This document shows, piece after piece, positions 25,957 through 39,124 of a stretch of DNA of 64,000 nucleotides (positions are counted from its first letter, which is position 1; each line of letters starts with the position of its first letter). Under the pieces are notes generated by a model, which searched no databases, was not told the DNA's origin, and saw nothing but the letters and a program-made list of their open reading frames with translations. The DNA comes from Octopus vulgaris (Eukaryota). The translations under genes were made by a program, and so were the position numbers. Where the stretch lies: the NCBI GenBank assembly GCA_951406725.2, contig OX597834.1, positions 39,680,001 to 39,744,000 of the forward strand. The letters are read 5' to 3'.

Positions 25957-26351
25957 TTGGTGTCTCCGGGAGACGTTGACCTATTGAGGTTGAAACTAGT
26001 CATGAACCTTATTGATCTTGACCATCAGGGAACGCCCTACCTTTTTAAAGGCTATAACACTTGCTGTTCCTCCCCTATTGACTAAATAATTAAAAAAAAA
26101 CATAACAACGATCAATACAGATCAATACAAATCATTTCTACCTGATCTAATCACAAGGGAGCAACTAAATGTTCATTCAATTTGCAAGAAATAGCAGCCA
26201 AACTTCCTGTGAATCATACCTCATAGTCTTTAAAGAAAAGGAAACCACACTGAACAACATTGTCCTTGATAATAGTTTAATTGGCATGGTCATTGTTGGA
26301 ATGTCTTTAATCAATGGTCTGTGAACAAAAGAATAACAGCAAGAACAACAA

Positions 26352-26565
26352 CTTTTTAGCAGTTAAACCAGTCATATCAGGCCCAAATATTCTGTTTTAT
26401 GTTCAAACTGGCTAGATCTGGCCTCTTGCACACACCCTACAATATCATTGTCAAAATAAACAATTAAGTCATTGAAATCTCAAAGCTACAAGGTAATGAA
26501 TGATTAACTCAAGACCAGGTGGATTATCAATCATCATTTGACAGGCTAATCTGAGTGCTAAAGGG
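26352..26565. mobile_element. piggyBac-type MITE, degenerate left end
   Basis: Right end TGCTAAAGGG|TTAA; left end AACTTTTTAGCA resembles AACCCTTTAGCA. A similar right end lies at about 22660-22686. Confidence 0.55.
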
Positions 26566-26681
26566 TTAATAGAAATAAACAGGCTCAGGTGTTTCACACA
26601 AGATGTATCCATCAATGGGTGATTTGTGATTTGTCTAACTGACGGCAAAAGATGTCTTTACTAACGGCAAGAAAATGTATA

Positions 26682-27215
26682 CTCTTTTTAACTCTTTTAC
26701 GTGTTTCAGCCATGTGACTGTGGCCAGGCTGGAGCACCGCCTTTTAGTCTAGCAAATCAAACTACCAGGACTTATTCTTTGGTAAGCCTAATACTTATTC
26801 TATTGGTCTCTTTTACTGGACCACTAAGTTACGGGGACGTAAACACACCAGCATCAGTGGTTAAGCGATGTTGGGGGAACAAACCCAGACACACAAACAT
26901 ACACACACACATACATACACATATACACATATATACAATGGGCTTCTTTCGGTTTCCGTCTACCAAATCCACTCACAAGGCTTTGGTCAGCCCGAGGCCA
27001 TAGTAGAAGACACTTACTCAAGGGGCCACGCAGTGGGACTGAACCCAAAACTATGTGGTTCGTAAGCAAGCTACTTACCACACAGCCACTCCTACGCCTA
27101 TTATGCGGCAACAGATTGTAGGCTATAGTAGAAGACACTTGCCCAAGATGTCATGCAGTGGGACTGAACCTGGAACCATGTGGTTGGGAAGCAAGCTTCT
27201 TACCAGACAGCCACA
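26682..27215 (-). mobile_element. SINE family A, full length (26682-27099), plus an extra head fragment (27120-27215)
   Basis: Reverse complement of the family A consensus. Confidence 0.88.
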
Positions 27216-27619
27216 CCCGCACACGTTAAATGATGATGATGTTCATGTTTGTGCATGTGTAGACAAAAGAGGGATGCTGAGGGAAGGAGAGCTGGTGCGA
27301 GGGTGGTATGCAAGTCGGGTGTGTGAGAATTGTTTGTAATGGTTAAGTCACACTTCTAGTCAAGGTGGGAGCGGCAGGGAAAGAGTGAATTTGCGGGTGG
27401 GGTGGGGTGGGGTGGGGAGGAAGTGGAGAGCATTGTGTGGTGGTGGTGGTGGTGGTGGCGGCGGTGGCGATGGTGAGGATTCTTACCAAGAGGCTGCGAT
27501 TGTGATTACGACTTGCCATGAGAATTAAAGTGTGTCATATTGGAAGGAAGAAGCTGAACAAGCAAAAGGAGGGTCTTTGGTAGAAAAGGGATATTTGCAA
27601 TAGGAAACTCTGATGAGGG

Positions 27620-28110
27620 TGGGAGGGAGAGAGGCAGAGAGAGACTGGAAGGGAGAGGCAGAGAGAGGGGCAAAAAGGGAGAGAGAGGCAGAGAGGGAGA
27701 GAGTGGCAAAGAGGGAGAGAGAGGCAAAGAGGGAGAGAGTGGCAGAGAGGGAGAGAGAGGGAGTGAGGCAGAGGGGGAGAGAGAGGCAAAGAGGGAGAGA
27801 GAGGCAGAGAGGGAGTGAGGGAGAGAGAGGCAGAGAGAGGCAGAGAGGGAGTGAGGGAGAGAGAGAGGCAGAGAGGGAGAAAGAGGCAGAGAGGGAGAGA
27901 GAGGCAGAGAGGGAGTGAGGGAGAGAGAGTGGCAGAGAGGGAGTGAAGGAGAGAGAGAGAGAGAGGGGGACGGAAAGAGAGGCAGAGAGGGAGAGAGAGA
28001 CAGAGAGGGAGAGATAGGCAGAGAGGGAGGGAGAGAGAGACAGAGAGGGAGATACAGGCAGAGAGAGAGAGAGAGAGACAGAGAGAGGCAGAGAGTGAGA
28101 GAGTGAGAGG
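27620..28110. repeat. Polypurine GA-rich minisatellite (GAGAGAGGCAGAGAGG-like)
   Basis: Direct inspection. Confidence 0.9.
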
Positions 28111-30889
28111 AAAACAGAGATGGGTGACATTAAAGGGGTCTAATGAAATTGGAGGAAGAGGATGTGAAAAGGGTAAGATTAAATAAGGAAACCAAAAACA
28201 GCAAAAATAGTTGGTTTTCGATGCTGTGTAACTGTCACCTACACCCAGAAGAACATTGTTTGAATAAGGAGTGTTTAGGGGGTAGAGTAGGGGGCATTTG
28301 CAGGCAGAGCGGGGGTGGGGTTGGGTGGGTGGTTAGCGAGAGGTTTGTTTGTAGACAGAGTAGGGAGTTAGTGGCGGGGGGGGGGGGGTGCAGCAAAAAA
28401 AACCCCAAAAAAAACAGTAGGGGGCTAAAAAGAGAGAGAGAGAGAGAGAGAGAAAGAAAGAGTGATGAAGTGTAGAAAATACATGGTTGTTGTTCTGGTT
28501 AATGTAATGCAATGCTTTTTAGTAAGACATCTTATTACACTAGCACACTCTCATCGGTAGATTACAGACCTTCATTGGTATCTTGGTACTACTAGTGCCA
28601 CTGTGTAATATGTATGTGTATGTGGGGGTGGGCATGGGTATGTCACTATATCATATATCATTTATCTTTTATTAGCTTCAGTCATTAGACTGTGCCCCGC
28701 CCCGCTCCCCGCTGCGGGCACTGCCTTCAAGAAATTTTAGCCAAACAAATTGACCCCTTGTACCGTTTTTTTTTTTTTTGCATCTTTATTTTTCTTTTCA
28801 AGCTGGTACTTACTCTATTGGTCTCTTTTGCTGAACCAGTAAGTTGTAGGATGTAAACACACCAACACCGTTTGTTTGTCAAGTAGTGTGGTTGTCATGG
28901 AGTAGGAGGGCAAAAACAGACACAAATTCAAACACATGTAGATATATAGGCATGGTTGTGTGGTAAGAAGCTTGCTTCCCAACCACATGGTTCTGGGTTC
29001 AGTCCCACAGTGTGGAACTTTGGGCAAGTGTCTTCTACTATAACCTCGGGCTAACCAAAGCCTTGTGAGTGGATTTGAAAGACGGCAACTGAAAGAAGCT
29101 TGTCCTATATATATATATATATATATGTATGTATATATATATTTATGTGTGTGCATTTATCCTCCCTACCACTGCTTGGCAACCGATGTTGGTGTGTTTA
29201 CATCCTTATAACTTATATATATATGTAAGTATGTATGTATGTATGTATTTAGGGGGTTGTGTCAAAAACAAATTTATAACAATTACTAAGGGAAGACCAT
29301 CAGGGGTGGGGTTGGGGTGGAAGGATGCTTAAGGGCCACATGCGGCCCTGGGAGCTGTGGTTGAAAACCATTCATATAGCATCTCTGTTGCTTTGACATG
29401 CAATGAAATGTTGCAAGCATTGTTTGAGTGGTTGAAGATTTTGGCTGCTATTTCTGGCAGCTTGTTGACCCCTCCCCCCCCCCCAAAGTACCAGTAATAT
29501 CTTGTGATCAAATCAATTAACAGCTTCTCTTCCATTATTATTTCATCTGTTATTTTGGAGCTTTGTTTTGGCCGAGTATTCATAAAGTTGTTGTCGATTC
29601 TCAAGTGGACCAAGTCAAAGAACAATGCGAAACCATTTCCACCAGCCTCCAGCCGCCACCCAACCCCCTCCTTTCCCCGACTCCCTCGATGCCAACTTCA
29701 GACTTATTCTTCGATGAAATTATGTTGATCTGCATCTTGGGAAAATTGCTTGATAGAGAAATCAATTATAAACATGGTGTATGTGTGTGTGTGTATGCAT
29801 ATATTCAAATATATACACTCCTTCAAGTGTATATTAGTGTATGTGCGTACGTATAAATGTGTATGTGTGTGCATGTGTGCATCTATGCATATATATATAT
29901 ACATATATATATATGCACACACACACATATGTATGTGCGTACATATACATATGTATGTATATATGTCTATATATATATGTACATATATCTCTATGTATAT
30001 ATATATGTATATATAATGCCTCAATATTATATCCATGTAACCCATGCTAACATGGAAATATAGACATAAAATTGATCAAATACATACAATACACATATAT
30101 ACGCACATACAAATCCCTGAAGTGTATGCGGTTGAATAATACATACACACACTTCTTATGTGTGTATATATATGTATGTGTGTATATATAACATACACAC
30201 ACACACACTCATATTAAGACTCGTGCCCACTGAAGTGTATGAGAGAAAATATATACATACAAATACATATATACATACATATATACACACATTTCTTAAG
30301 TCAGTGTATTTGTATGTAACATAATAACACACATACCCTCATCCACCCTTGCTGAAACGTACGAGTAAATATACACATACATGCACATACATATATACGC
30401 ACACTTCTTAAGTCAGTGTATGTGTAATATATGTAATAAACATACACACACACATTTAGAGAGTGTCAGCGTAACCCAGCAGAGTTTTTAGATATTTGAT
30501 GCCATCCCACATTTCACCATTCTGGTCTCCATTACCAAAGTATTAGCAATGGAGAGAATAGGGAAATATTTTTCTTAACTTTTGAATGTTGTATAAAAAA
30601 GAACGACATCTGTATTTACCATAGAACCCCTGACTGCAGTTGGGCGGTTGTGGGCGAGGGGAGGGCTAAATGGCGTGGTGAGGGTGTTGAATGGACAGCA
30701 ATGTGACACAACTGGATCCTAAGGCACAGTCTTTGGCAATGCAACAATAATAATCATTAAGTTCAAGGCCAGGAAAACTTTGTTGTCAACCGCAATATTT
30801 TACTGTGACCCATTTTTTATTTCTTTCAATTTTGAACCCCAAAAGGGGTTAAAAAGGTGGGGGGGGGGCTAAAGGAAACCTATTGAGTC

Positions 30890-31245
30890 ATGTACATTAA
30901 CATCAAAATAAAAATCAAATGGAAATTGTAGTTGTGATACCCGTGCCGGTGGCATGTAAAAAGCACCATCCAAATGTGGCTGAGGCTAGCGCCGCCTTGA
31001 CTGGCTTCCGTACCGGTGGCATGTAAAAAGCACCAACCGATTGTGGCCATTGCCAGCATCCCCTGGCATGTAAAAGCATCCACTACACTTATGGAGTGGT
31101 TGGCGTTAGGAAGGGCACCCAGCCGTAGAAACACTGCCAGATCAGACTGGAGCCTGGTGCAGCCTCCTGGCTTCCCAGACCCTGGTCAAACCATCCAACC
31201 CATGCCAGCATGGAAAACGGACGTTAAACGATGATGATGATGGTG
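30890..31245 (+). mobile_element. Family B retroposon 3' region with internal tandem repeats
   Basis: Three GGCATGTAAAA(A)GCA.C modules, then GAGTGGTTGGCGTTAGGAAGGGCA...(GAT)n. Confidence 0.85.
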
Positions 31246-31299
31246 ATGAAGAAACCTCAGTAGGATTTGAACTCAGAAGATAAAGAGAGTCCCTAAATA

Positions 31300-31515
31300 C
31301 TGGTTTCATATTTTGGCACAAGGCCAGCAATTTCTGGGGCAGGATTAAATCAATGACGTCAACCCCTGAGCTTCACTGGTACTTATTTTATCAACCCTGA
31401 AAGGATGAAAGGCAAAGATGACCTCGTAGGAATTTGAACTTCGAATGTAGAGTCAGAAGAAATCCTGTTAAGCATTTTTTCTGGTGCGGTAACGATTCAG
31501 CCAGCAGTGCTGCCG
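31300..31515 (-). mobile_element. SINE family C
   Basis: CTGGTACTTATTTTATCAACCCTGAAAGGATGAAAGGCAAAG...GAATTTGAACT. Confidence 0.8.
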
Positions 31516-31658
31516 TCTTAGAGTCACTAAATCCTACAAAGTATTTAGTTCCATGCTAATAATATGTAACTGAAATTTGGTCGGCAGAAATAGAGTAGAA
31601 CCAACTGTGAGCATATATGTGAATTTATCCATGTGTGTGTGTGTGTGTGTGTGTACCC

Positions 31659-31878
31659 ACAAGGGAGTACTGAAAGGTTTCTGGCTTTGGGTAAAAGAAA
31701 TAACGGAGAAGAAGTAAATTATGATTTTATATAACATATTACCCTCTCAGATTCACACACTTTATTGTAGCAGTCATTCAGTTTTTCTAAGCCCTGAAAA
31801 AGAACTTGGAAGTTTGGGCCTCCAACCAGGCTTTTTGTGATACCCTTAAAGCCAGGATCTTTCCAGCACCTCCTTATA
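31659..31878 (-). mobile_element. Tc1/mariner-derived MITE
   Basis: Imperfect TIRs AAGGGAGTACTGAAAGGTTTCTGGCTTT / AAAGCCAGGATCTTTCCAGCACCTCCTT; the interior matches 32438-32610 and 54711-54934 in reverse. Confidence 0.75.
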
Positions 31879-32192
31879 TATATATTTGTGTGTGTGTTTG
31901 TGTGTGTTCATGTCGGTGTTTGCTTACATGAAACTCATGACTTCTGAGCAGTGTTGTTGTTTTTGTTGTTGTGGTTAGTGGTGGTGGTTGGCACCTATCG
32001 GCATTTCTCTTGTCAATGAAACCATTCACCTGTTTTATGCCTTTAAAGCTATGTGGAGAATGTGAGATTCCTTTCAAAGAGTTAGCACCAGGAAGGGCGT
32101 CTATCTAACTATAAAACAATGCCTCCATACCAAATCCATCTTAGTCATGCTAGCATGGGAAAATGGATGTAAATAACAATTTTTATATATAT

Positions 32193-32420
32193 ATCATCAT
32201 CATCATCATTTAACGTCCGTTTTCCATGCTGGCATGGGTTGGATGGTTTGACTGAGGTCTGGAGAGCCAGTGGCTGCACCAGGCTCAAATCTGATCTGGC
32301 AATTTTTCTACAGCTCGATGCCCTTCCTAACACCAACCACTCCGAAAGTGTAGTGGGTGCTTTTTACATGCCACCGGCATAGGAGCCAGTTGGGCAGGCT
32401 TGCCATCGATAACGTTCGGA
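32193..32420 (-). mobile_element. Family B retroposon 3' end
   Basis: (ATC)n TTTAACGTCCGTTTTCCATGCTGGCATGGGTTGG...GATGCCCTTCCTAAC. Confidence 0.85.
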
Positions 32421-32437
32421 TAGTAATATATATATAT

Positions 32438-32610
32438 ATGCTGAAAAGTTCTTGTCTTTAAGAACCTTCCGAGTTCTTTTACAGGGTTTAGAAAAACTGA
32501 AGGACTACTGCAATAAGTGTGTGAATCTGTGAGGAGAATATGTTGAATAAAATCATAATTAACTGATCCTCCGTTATTTTTTTTTTTTACCCAAAGCCAG
32601 GAAGTTCTTC
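32438..32610 (+). mobile_element. mariner MITE retaining a decayed transposase C-terminus
   Basis: 32485-32550 reads GLEKLKDYCNKCVNL*GEYVE*, resembling the mariner transposase end (G..L..RW.KC....G.YVE*), followed by TIR AAAGCCAGGAAGTT. Confidence 0.75.
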
Positions 32611-32693
32611 CGTAAAAGGAATCAATAAATCCAGATAGATATCTATAAAGGCGAATTTGATTGGTTGCTCTATACTTTTGCAGAGTACAAATT

Positions 32694-32824
32694 TATTATT
32701 CTTATACAAGAATGTCGGTGACATTGACTTTGAAGTTTTGGTCAGATGAGTCATCATCCAATGATTGCTTAGTCAGCCGGAACTTCAAAGTCACTGTCAA
32801 CAACATTCTTGTACAAGAATGATA
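32694..32824. repeat. ~130-bp imperfect palindrome (foldback, MITE-like)
   Basis: ATTCTTATACAAGAATGTCGGTGACATTGACTTTGAAGTT pairs with AACTTCAAAGTCACTGTCAACAACATTCTTGTACAAGAAT. Confidence 0.85.
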
Positions 32825-33217
32825 CACACACACACACACACATACACAGATGCATACACCTATATACACAAACAAGCAGGGAAACAGATGTGACTAAGTG
32901 TGTGTGTGAGCGTGTGTGTGAATAGAGAGAGCTTCTGTCAATGTCCTGTTGAAGAGAAGCTAATGAAATGAATAAGGATTGTCACAGTGGTTTTCCTGAA
33001 TTATCTCACCATTTCCATTATAGGAAACGTAAGGACATACTTAACACACACCACACACACACACGCATATAGATATAGATATATATATATATATACTGAT
33101 ATAGCCTGTCATATATTCACATGATTCAACATGCACACGTGTGTGTATATATATATTCATATACATACATTCACTGTTTTTCATATATATAAACAGCTAA
33201 ATTTTATATGTATGCAC

Positions 33218-33287
<70 letters not shown>

Positions 33288-33324
33288 ACATACACACAGA
33301 CACACTATTTTTCATACATACACA

Positions 33325-33500
33325 TAAAAAGCACCCACTACACTCACGGAGTGGTTGGCATTAGGAAGGGCATCCAGCCGTAGAAACACTGCCAGATCTG
33401 ACAGGGCCTGATGAAGCCTTCTGGCTTCACAAACCCCAGTTGAACCGTCCAACCCATGCTAGCATGGAAAGCGGACGCTAAATGATGATGATGATGATGA
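33325..33500 (+). mobile_element. Family B retroposon 3' end
   Basis: AAAAGCACCCACTACACTC...GGAAGGGCATCCAGCCGTAGAAAC...(GAT)n. Confidence 0.88.
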
Positions 33501-34115
33501 TATATATATACACATACTGTTTTTCATACTCACTGTTTTTCATACATACACACGACTGAATGAATATATATATATATATATATATATATTACAGAGAGGC
33601 AGAGAGAGATATGTATATATGTATACAGGTTTAGTGATATAAATAAGAAAACAGAACTCAAAATATTAGTGTATATGTGTGTGTGTGTGTGTATATATTA
33701 TGAGCAAAGTTACAGAATGACTCAAGTACCAAGAGGTTTTCTAGCTCATGACACTAATGCCAGGTTGTTAATAACTGCTAACGTCATCACGGAATATCCC
33801 TGACGTCCGACTTATCCATCAACGGGTCACAAACAATTATCACACAAATGAGGTAACATGACAAATATGTATTGCCGGAAAAAAAAAAAAATGCAAAAAA
33901 CAGGAAACGAGTTTGGTAGAATTTTCAGAGCATTGCACAAAATATTTGTGGCAGTATTTACTCCAGTTCTTCGTGCTTTGAGTTCAAACTCTGTTTAGGT
34001 GAATGTTGCCTTTTACTCCTCTCTCTGGGGTCAATGAAACAAAGTACCAATAAATTACTAAACTTAGTGGCATCAACTCACTGCTTTCTCTCAAAACTAC
34101 TGGTCTTATGCCTAA

Positions 34116-34169
<54 letters not shown>

Positions 34170-34170
<1 letters not shown>

Positions 34171-34518
34171 TATGTTTGACTTTTGCTTTATGTTTGTACA
34201 AGTTGGCTCCAAGTCTCACCCAGTGACCTCAAGAGACAACAGACTGGAAGTTCACGTTGTTGTTATGCCTAGTGTGCCATATATTCGAGGTTTTTTTGGT
34301 GTTGTACTAGTGAATGTCTAATAAATAAATTTTTTTTTTAAATGTTTGTTTTAAACCTTGAGATTACATAGAGAGTATTTTGCGTAGGATATGAGCAGTT
34401 CCCAACAGCACTATCTTTTGAATTTCTGCCATTTTGGGGTTTCCTGGTATCTGAGTTAGGTAGCAATCAGCCCCTTTCGCTATCATTCCCAGGGCACCTA
34501 TGACAACAGGTATTGTTT
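34170..34518 (-). mobile_element. 5'-truncated R4/Dong-clade (restriction-like endonuclease) LINE in (TAA)n
   Basis: Minus 34516-34364 translates TIPVVIGALGMIAKGADCYLTQIPGNPKMAEIQKIVLLGTAHILRKILSM*, the typical R4/Dong ORF C-terminus. It is followed by a ~190-nt 3' UTR, with (ATT)n on both flanks. Confidence 0.85.
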
Positions 34519-34621
34519 ATTATTATTATTATTATTATTATTATTGTTATTATTACTATTGCCAGGAATTCTATTAATCCTCTCTAAGGACTTTGTCTCA
34601 TCTTGTGTTGTCTTTTATTGA

Positions 34622-34867
34622 TAGAGTGAAATGACCAATTCTGAGTATACACCTATAAAAAACAATAAAAAAAGGGCTATTGCCCTGTTGGTCAGGCTCC
34701 CATGGCTTTTGTGGGGTTTTCTTTGAGTAGCCTTAAAGCTCCACCTTCTATTGGAAGTTTTCTTTGTTTTTTCTTTGTTTTTATTTACACATTCTAAAAA
34801 CCTTTGTATCGTCCTGTTTTGTCATTTCATGTTGCTTTTATGTTTGCCCTTGTGGCCAATAAAAGAA
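34622..34867 (+). mobile_element. Probable LINE 3' UTR fragment (L1/Tx1-like)
   Basis: T-rich segment ending CCCTTGTGGCCAATAAAAGAA followed by (ATT)n. No ORF remains, so the clade is a guess. Confidence 0.45.
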
Positions 34868-34896
34868 TACATTATTATTATTATTATTATTATTAT

Positions 34897-35126
34897 TTCT
34901 TTATTGGCCACAAGGTGCTAAACATAGAAGGGACAAACAAAGACAGACAAAGGGATTAAGTAAATTACATCAACCACAGTGCGTAACTGGTACTTTATTT
35001 ATTGACCCCAAAAGGATGAAAGGCAAAGTCGACCTCAGCGGAATTTGAACTCAGAACACAACGGCAGACAAAATACCGCTAAGCATTTCGCCCAGCGTGC
35101 TAACGTTTCTGCCAGCTTGCCACCTT
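34897..35126 (-). mobile_element. tRNA-derived SINE family C, full length (tail variant 2)
   Basis: Minus strand AAGGTGGCAAGCTGGCAGAAACGTTAG...GAGTTCAAATTCC...GGTCGACTTTGCCTTTCATCCTTTTGGGGTCAATAAA...CCTTGTGGCCAATAAAGAA. Confidence 0.88.
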
Positions 35127-35141
35127 TTATTATTATTATTA

Positions 35142-35173
<32 letters not shown>

Positions 35174-35217
35174 CATTATTTTTACTTTTATTATTATTAT
35201 TATTATTATTATCATTA

Positions 35218-35263
<46 letters not shown>

Positions 35264-35739
35264 GAAAAACAGCAGGAATACAAGTGCAAAAATGTAAAAT
35301 CCATAAATTGCCCAAAGTTTGTAATGCAGGCGAGACAGTTGTCTCCTCTTTGTTGACCTTTGACACCACAGGAATCAGTGTCAGATGGACTTCACGGAAG
35401 ACGAAGACGAAGGTAGGAGGATGGGGAGGGAAGAATTTTGTTGTTTTGCTAATTTTCAAGTATATGTAATAAGAAGAAGCTGTGTACATCCTGTTGATGG
35501 TTTGTCTTTGAGTACGTGTATGTATTTCTGTGTGTGTGGATGATATAACTACTGGTGATGTATTTGTGAACTAACTGCTGATGTAGTATGTAAGAGTGTG
35601 TCAAAGAGCTGTGATGGTGGTGGTTATGGTGGTGTTGGTGTTGGTGGAAGCGGAGTGAGACAACTTGTAGCTTCCCCAATTCTTACAAAACTTCAACATA
35701 TCCTGACTAAAATATTTAGTAGAATACAGTTGCAGACAT

Positions 35740-36414
<675 letters not shown>

Positions 36415-36525
36415 ATGAGAGAGAGAGGGGAGAAGAACAGGGAAAGGATGGGTGGAGGGATGGACAGACAAAATACAAAACAAGAATAGTCAGATAGACA
36501 GAAATAGATAGTTAAATAGTTAGAT

Positions 36526-36913
36526 AGGCGAAGGAGTGGCTGTGTGGTAAGTAGCTTGTTTATCAACCACATGGTTCCGGGTTCAGTCCCACTGCGTGAC
36601 ACCTTGCGCAAGTGTCTTCTACTAAAGCCGCGAGCCGATCAAAGCCTTGTGAGTGGATTTGGTAGACGGAAACTGAAAGAAGCCTGTCGTATATATACAT
36701 ATGTATATATACATATATGTATGTATATGATTGTGTGTCTGTGTTTGTCTCCCCAACATCACTTGATAACCGACGCTGGTATGTTTACGTCCCTGTAACT
36801 TAACGGTTCGGTAAAAGGAACCGATAGAATAAGTACTAGGCTTACAACGATTTGTTCGACTAAAGGCGGTGCTCCAGCATGGCCACAGTCAAATGACTGA
36901 AATAACAAAAGAA
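36526..36913 (+). mobile_element. SINE family A, near full length
   Basis: Matches the family A consensus. Confidence 0.9.
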
Positions 36914-37497
36914 TATATATATATAAATACACACACACACATTTTTACTATCCATTCATTTGAATATTCAATATACATCCCTTATTAAATAAAGGCTAGG
37001 TCTGGCAACTTGATAGGAGTGAGGTATACAAATGTGTGACAATCATGCCTTTTCCAGTGTATTTACTGAGTCATTGATCCAAGTCCTGTTCCTTTCAAAA
37101 TTCCCATTCTCTAAATATAGGCATAGCAAGATAGGAGGACAAGAGACAGTGTGAGTAATCAATGAATGACAAGGTAAGTTATTTCGCATGACATACGCTC
37201 CCCTCTTTGCGCCAATAACCACACACCCATTATAGCATGGACCACTCTGTTTTTAGGGTTAGACTTCATTAGGTGAAGTATCCTTTGCTTATTTAATATA
37301 AGGTGTGGTTTGAGGGAGATTTGGCTGTTATTTCATGTAGGTCAAATGACCACTTGGCGGTCCTTCATTTGTTTGTAATTCGTTGTGAAAATAGGTAGCA
37401 CAGATGGTTAGGGATAAGTAGAGATAGAGATAGAGATAGAGAGAGTGGGAGAAAGAGAAAGCAAATGTGTGCGTGAAAGAGAGAGAGAGAGATAGAA

Positions 37498-37559
<62 letters not shown>

Positions 37560-38019
37560 AATGACAAGAATTTATTAGGAACACAGGAAATGTTATTTCT
37601 GCTGGTTGTGTCTGTGATGATGGTGGTGGTGGTGGTGGTGGTTGTGATGATGGTGGTAGTGGTGGTGGTGGTGGTGGAAGCAATCATATTCTCTGGTGAC
37701 CAAACCAGGGAATTCTGTAGAAAAAGGGGACGGGAGATGAATTACATAAAAAAAAAAGAAAAGAAAATGGTAAAAAAAAATAAAAGATAAAAACTTTGCA
37801 GAGTGAGGCGGGTGTGAGGGTGGAGCAGATGGGAGTCAGTGACTTTGGTACAATTTTAAAACTATTTTGTACCAAGTGACTTTATCAGGTGAGTGGTGGT
37901 GGTCGTGGTGGGGAGATTGGCATGTGACGTGGAAGAGCCCTTATAGTTATACCAGATAGGAGAAACTGGGGTGGGAGAGGAGAAAAGACCTTATTTTAAA
38001 TCCGGATAAGCCTGGCTCA

Positions 38020-38270
38020 CCATCGGTTATGATAATGAGTGTTCCAGTTGTGAAATTAACATGCAAGTGGCTGAGTACTCCTCAGATATGTGTACCCTTA
38101 ATATAGTTGTTCTCAGGGAGATTCAGCACGACACAAACTGTGACAAGGCTGGCCCTTTTTGAAATACAGGTACAATGAAATGAAGTATCTTGCTCAAGGA
38201 TACAATGTAGTACCAGGAATTAAAGTCATGGCCTTATGATTGTGAGTGAGCCAAATACCTTTTATGGCAG
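38020..38270 (-). mobile_element. Diverged SINE with family G tail and family F-like centre
   Basis: Minus strand TCCTTGAGCAAGATACTTCATTTCA joined to TTGTACCTGTATTTCAAA..GGGCCAGCCTTGTC...TTAAGGGTACAC...CTCAGCCACTTGCA, shared with 23581-23760. Confidence 0.7.
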
Positions 38271-38785
38271 GGAGATTGAGGTGCAACATAGAGAAGGCAA
38301 GCATATGATCTGGGGTTCAGTGAAGTAGACCTGATTTAGATTTAGGGTTCAAGGTTAGGATTAGAGTTAGGCTGCAGACTAAAGTGCAAATAGCCAAGTA
38401 GACTGCATATTTAAGTGTAATTGGCCAGGAAGACTGTACACTGTGACACTGAAAGCTTCATGTTACTGAGTGAAACGAGGGCTAATTAAAAGTCTAAAAA
38501 CAAGGAGGGCCGTTTAGGACAAACTTATGAAAATGCTTTGGGCATTTTTGTAAGTTAACCCTTTGCCATTCCTGGGAATCACATGTAATGCACAGGAGAT
38601 ATTTCCCTGGCATCCATGCATCCAATACATGATACACATTCTCAATTTTGTCTGTCCTGCGAATCACATGGGATTGCACCTAGAAAGTTACCCTCTGAGG
38701 CACAAGCCTGGGCAAGGCTGTTTATGAAAGGTCAATAGTTGCCCATGCATACCAACCACCTCTCTCAACGCCATAATGTTTACGT

Positions 38786-39124
38786 AAGGTAAAGACATCC
38801 TTCGATCATGAATGACAATGGGATTGCACCTAGAAAGTTCCCTTCTGAGGCACAAGTCTGGTCAAGGTTGTTTATGGAAAATCAGCAGTCGTCCATGCAT
38901 ACCAGCCTTCTCTCTCCATGCTACTGATGTCATCCAAAGGAAAGGCAAAGGGGCCGAAACAGCTTGGCACCAGTGATGCCGCAACTCATTTCTACAGCTG
39001 AGTGGAACTGGAGCAACGTGATATAAAGTGTCTTGCTGAAAAACACAACACACAGTCTGGTCCGGGAATCGAACTCACTACCATGTGACTGTGAGGCCAA
39101 TTCTCTAACCACCGAGCCATCCAC
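38786..39124 (-). mobile_element. tRNA-derived SINE family F, full length (extra tail fragment at 38667-38785)
   Basis: Minus strand A box TGGCTCGGTGG, B box GTTCGATTCC, centre AGCAAGACACTTTAT..CACGTTGCTCCAGTTCCACTCAGCTGTAGAAATGAGT. Confidence 0.85.
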
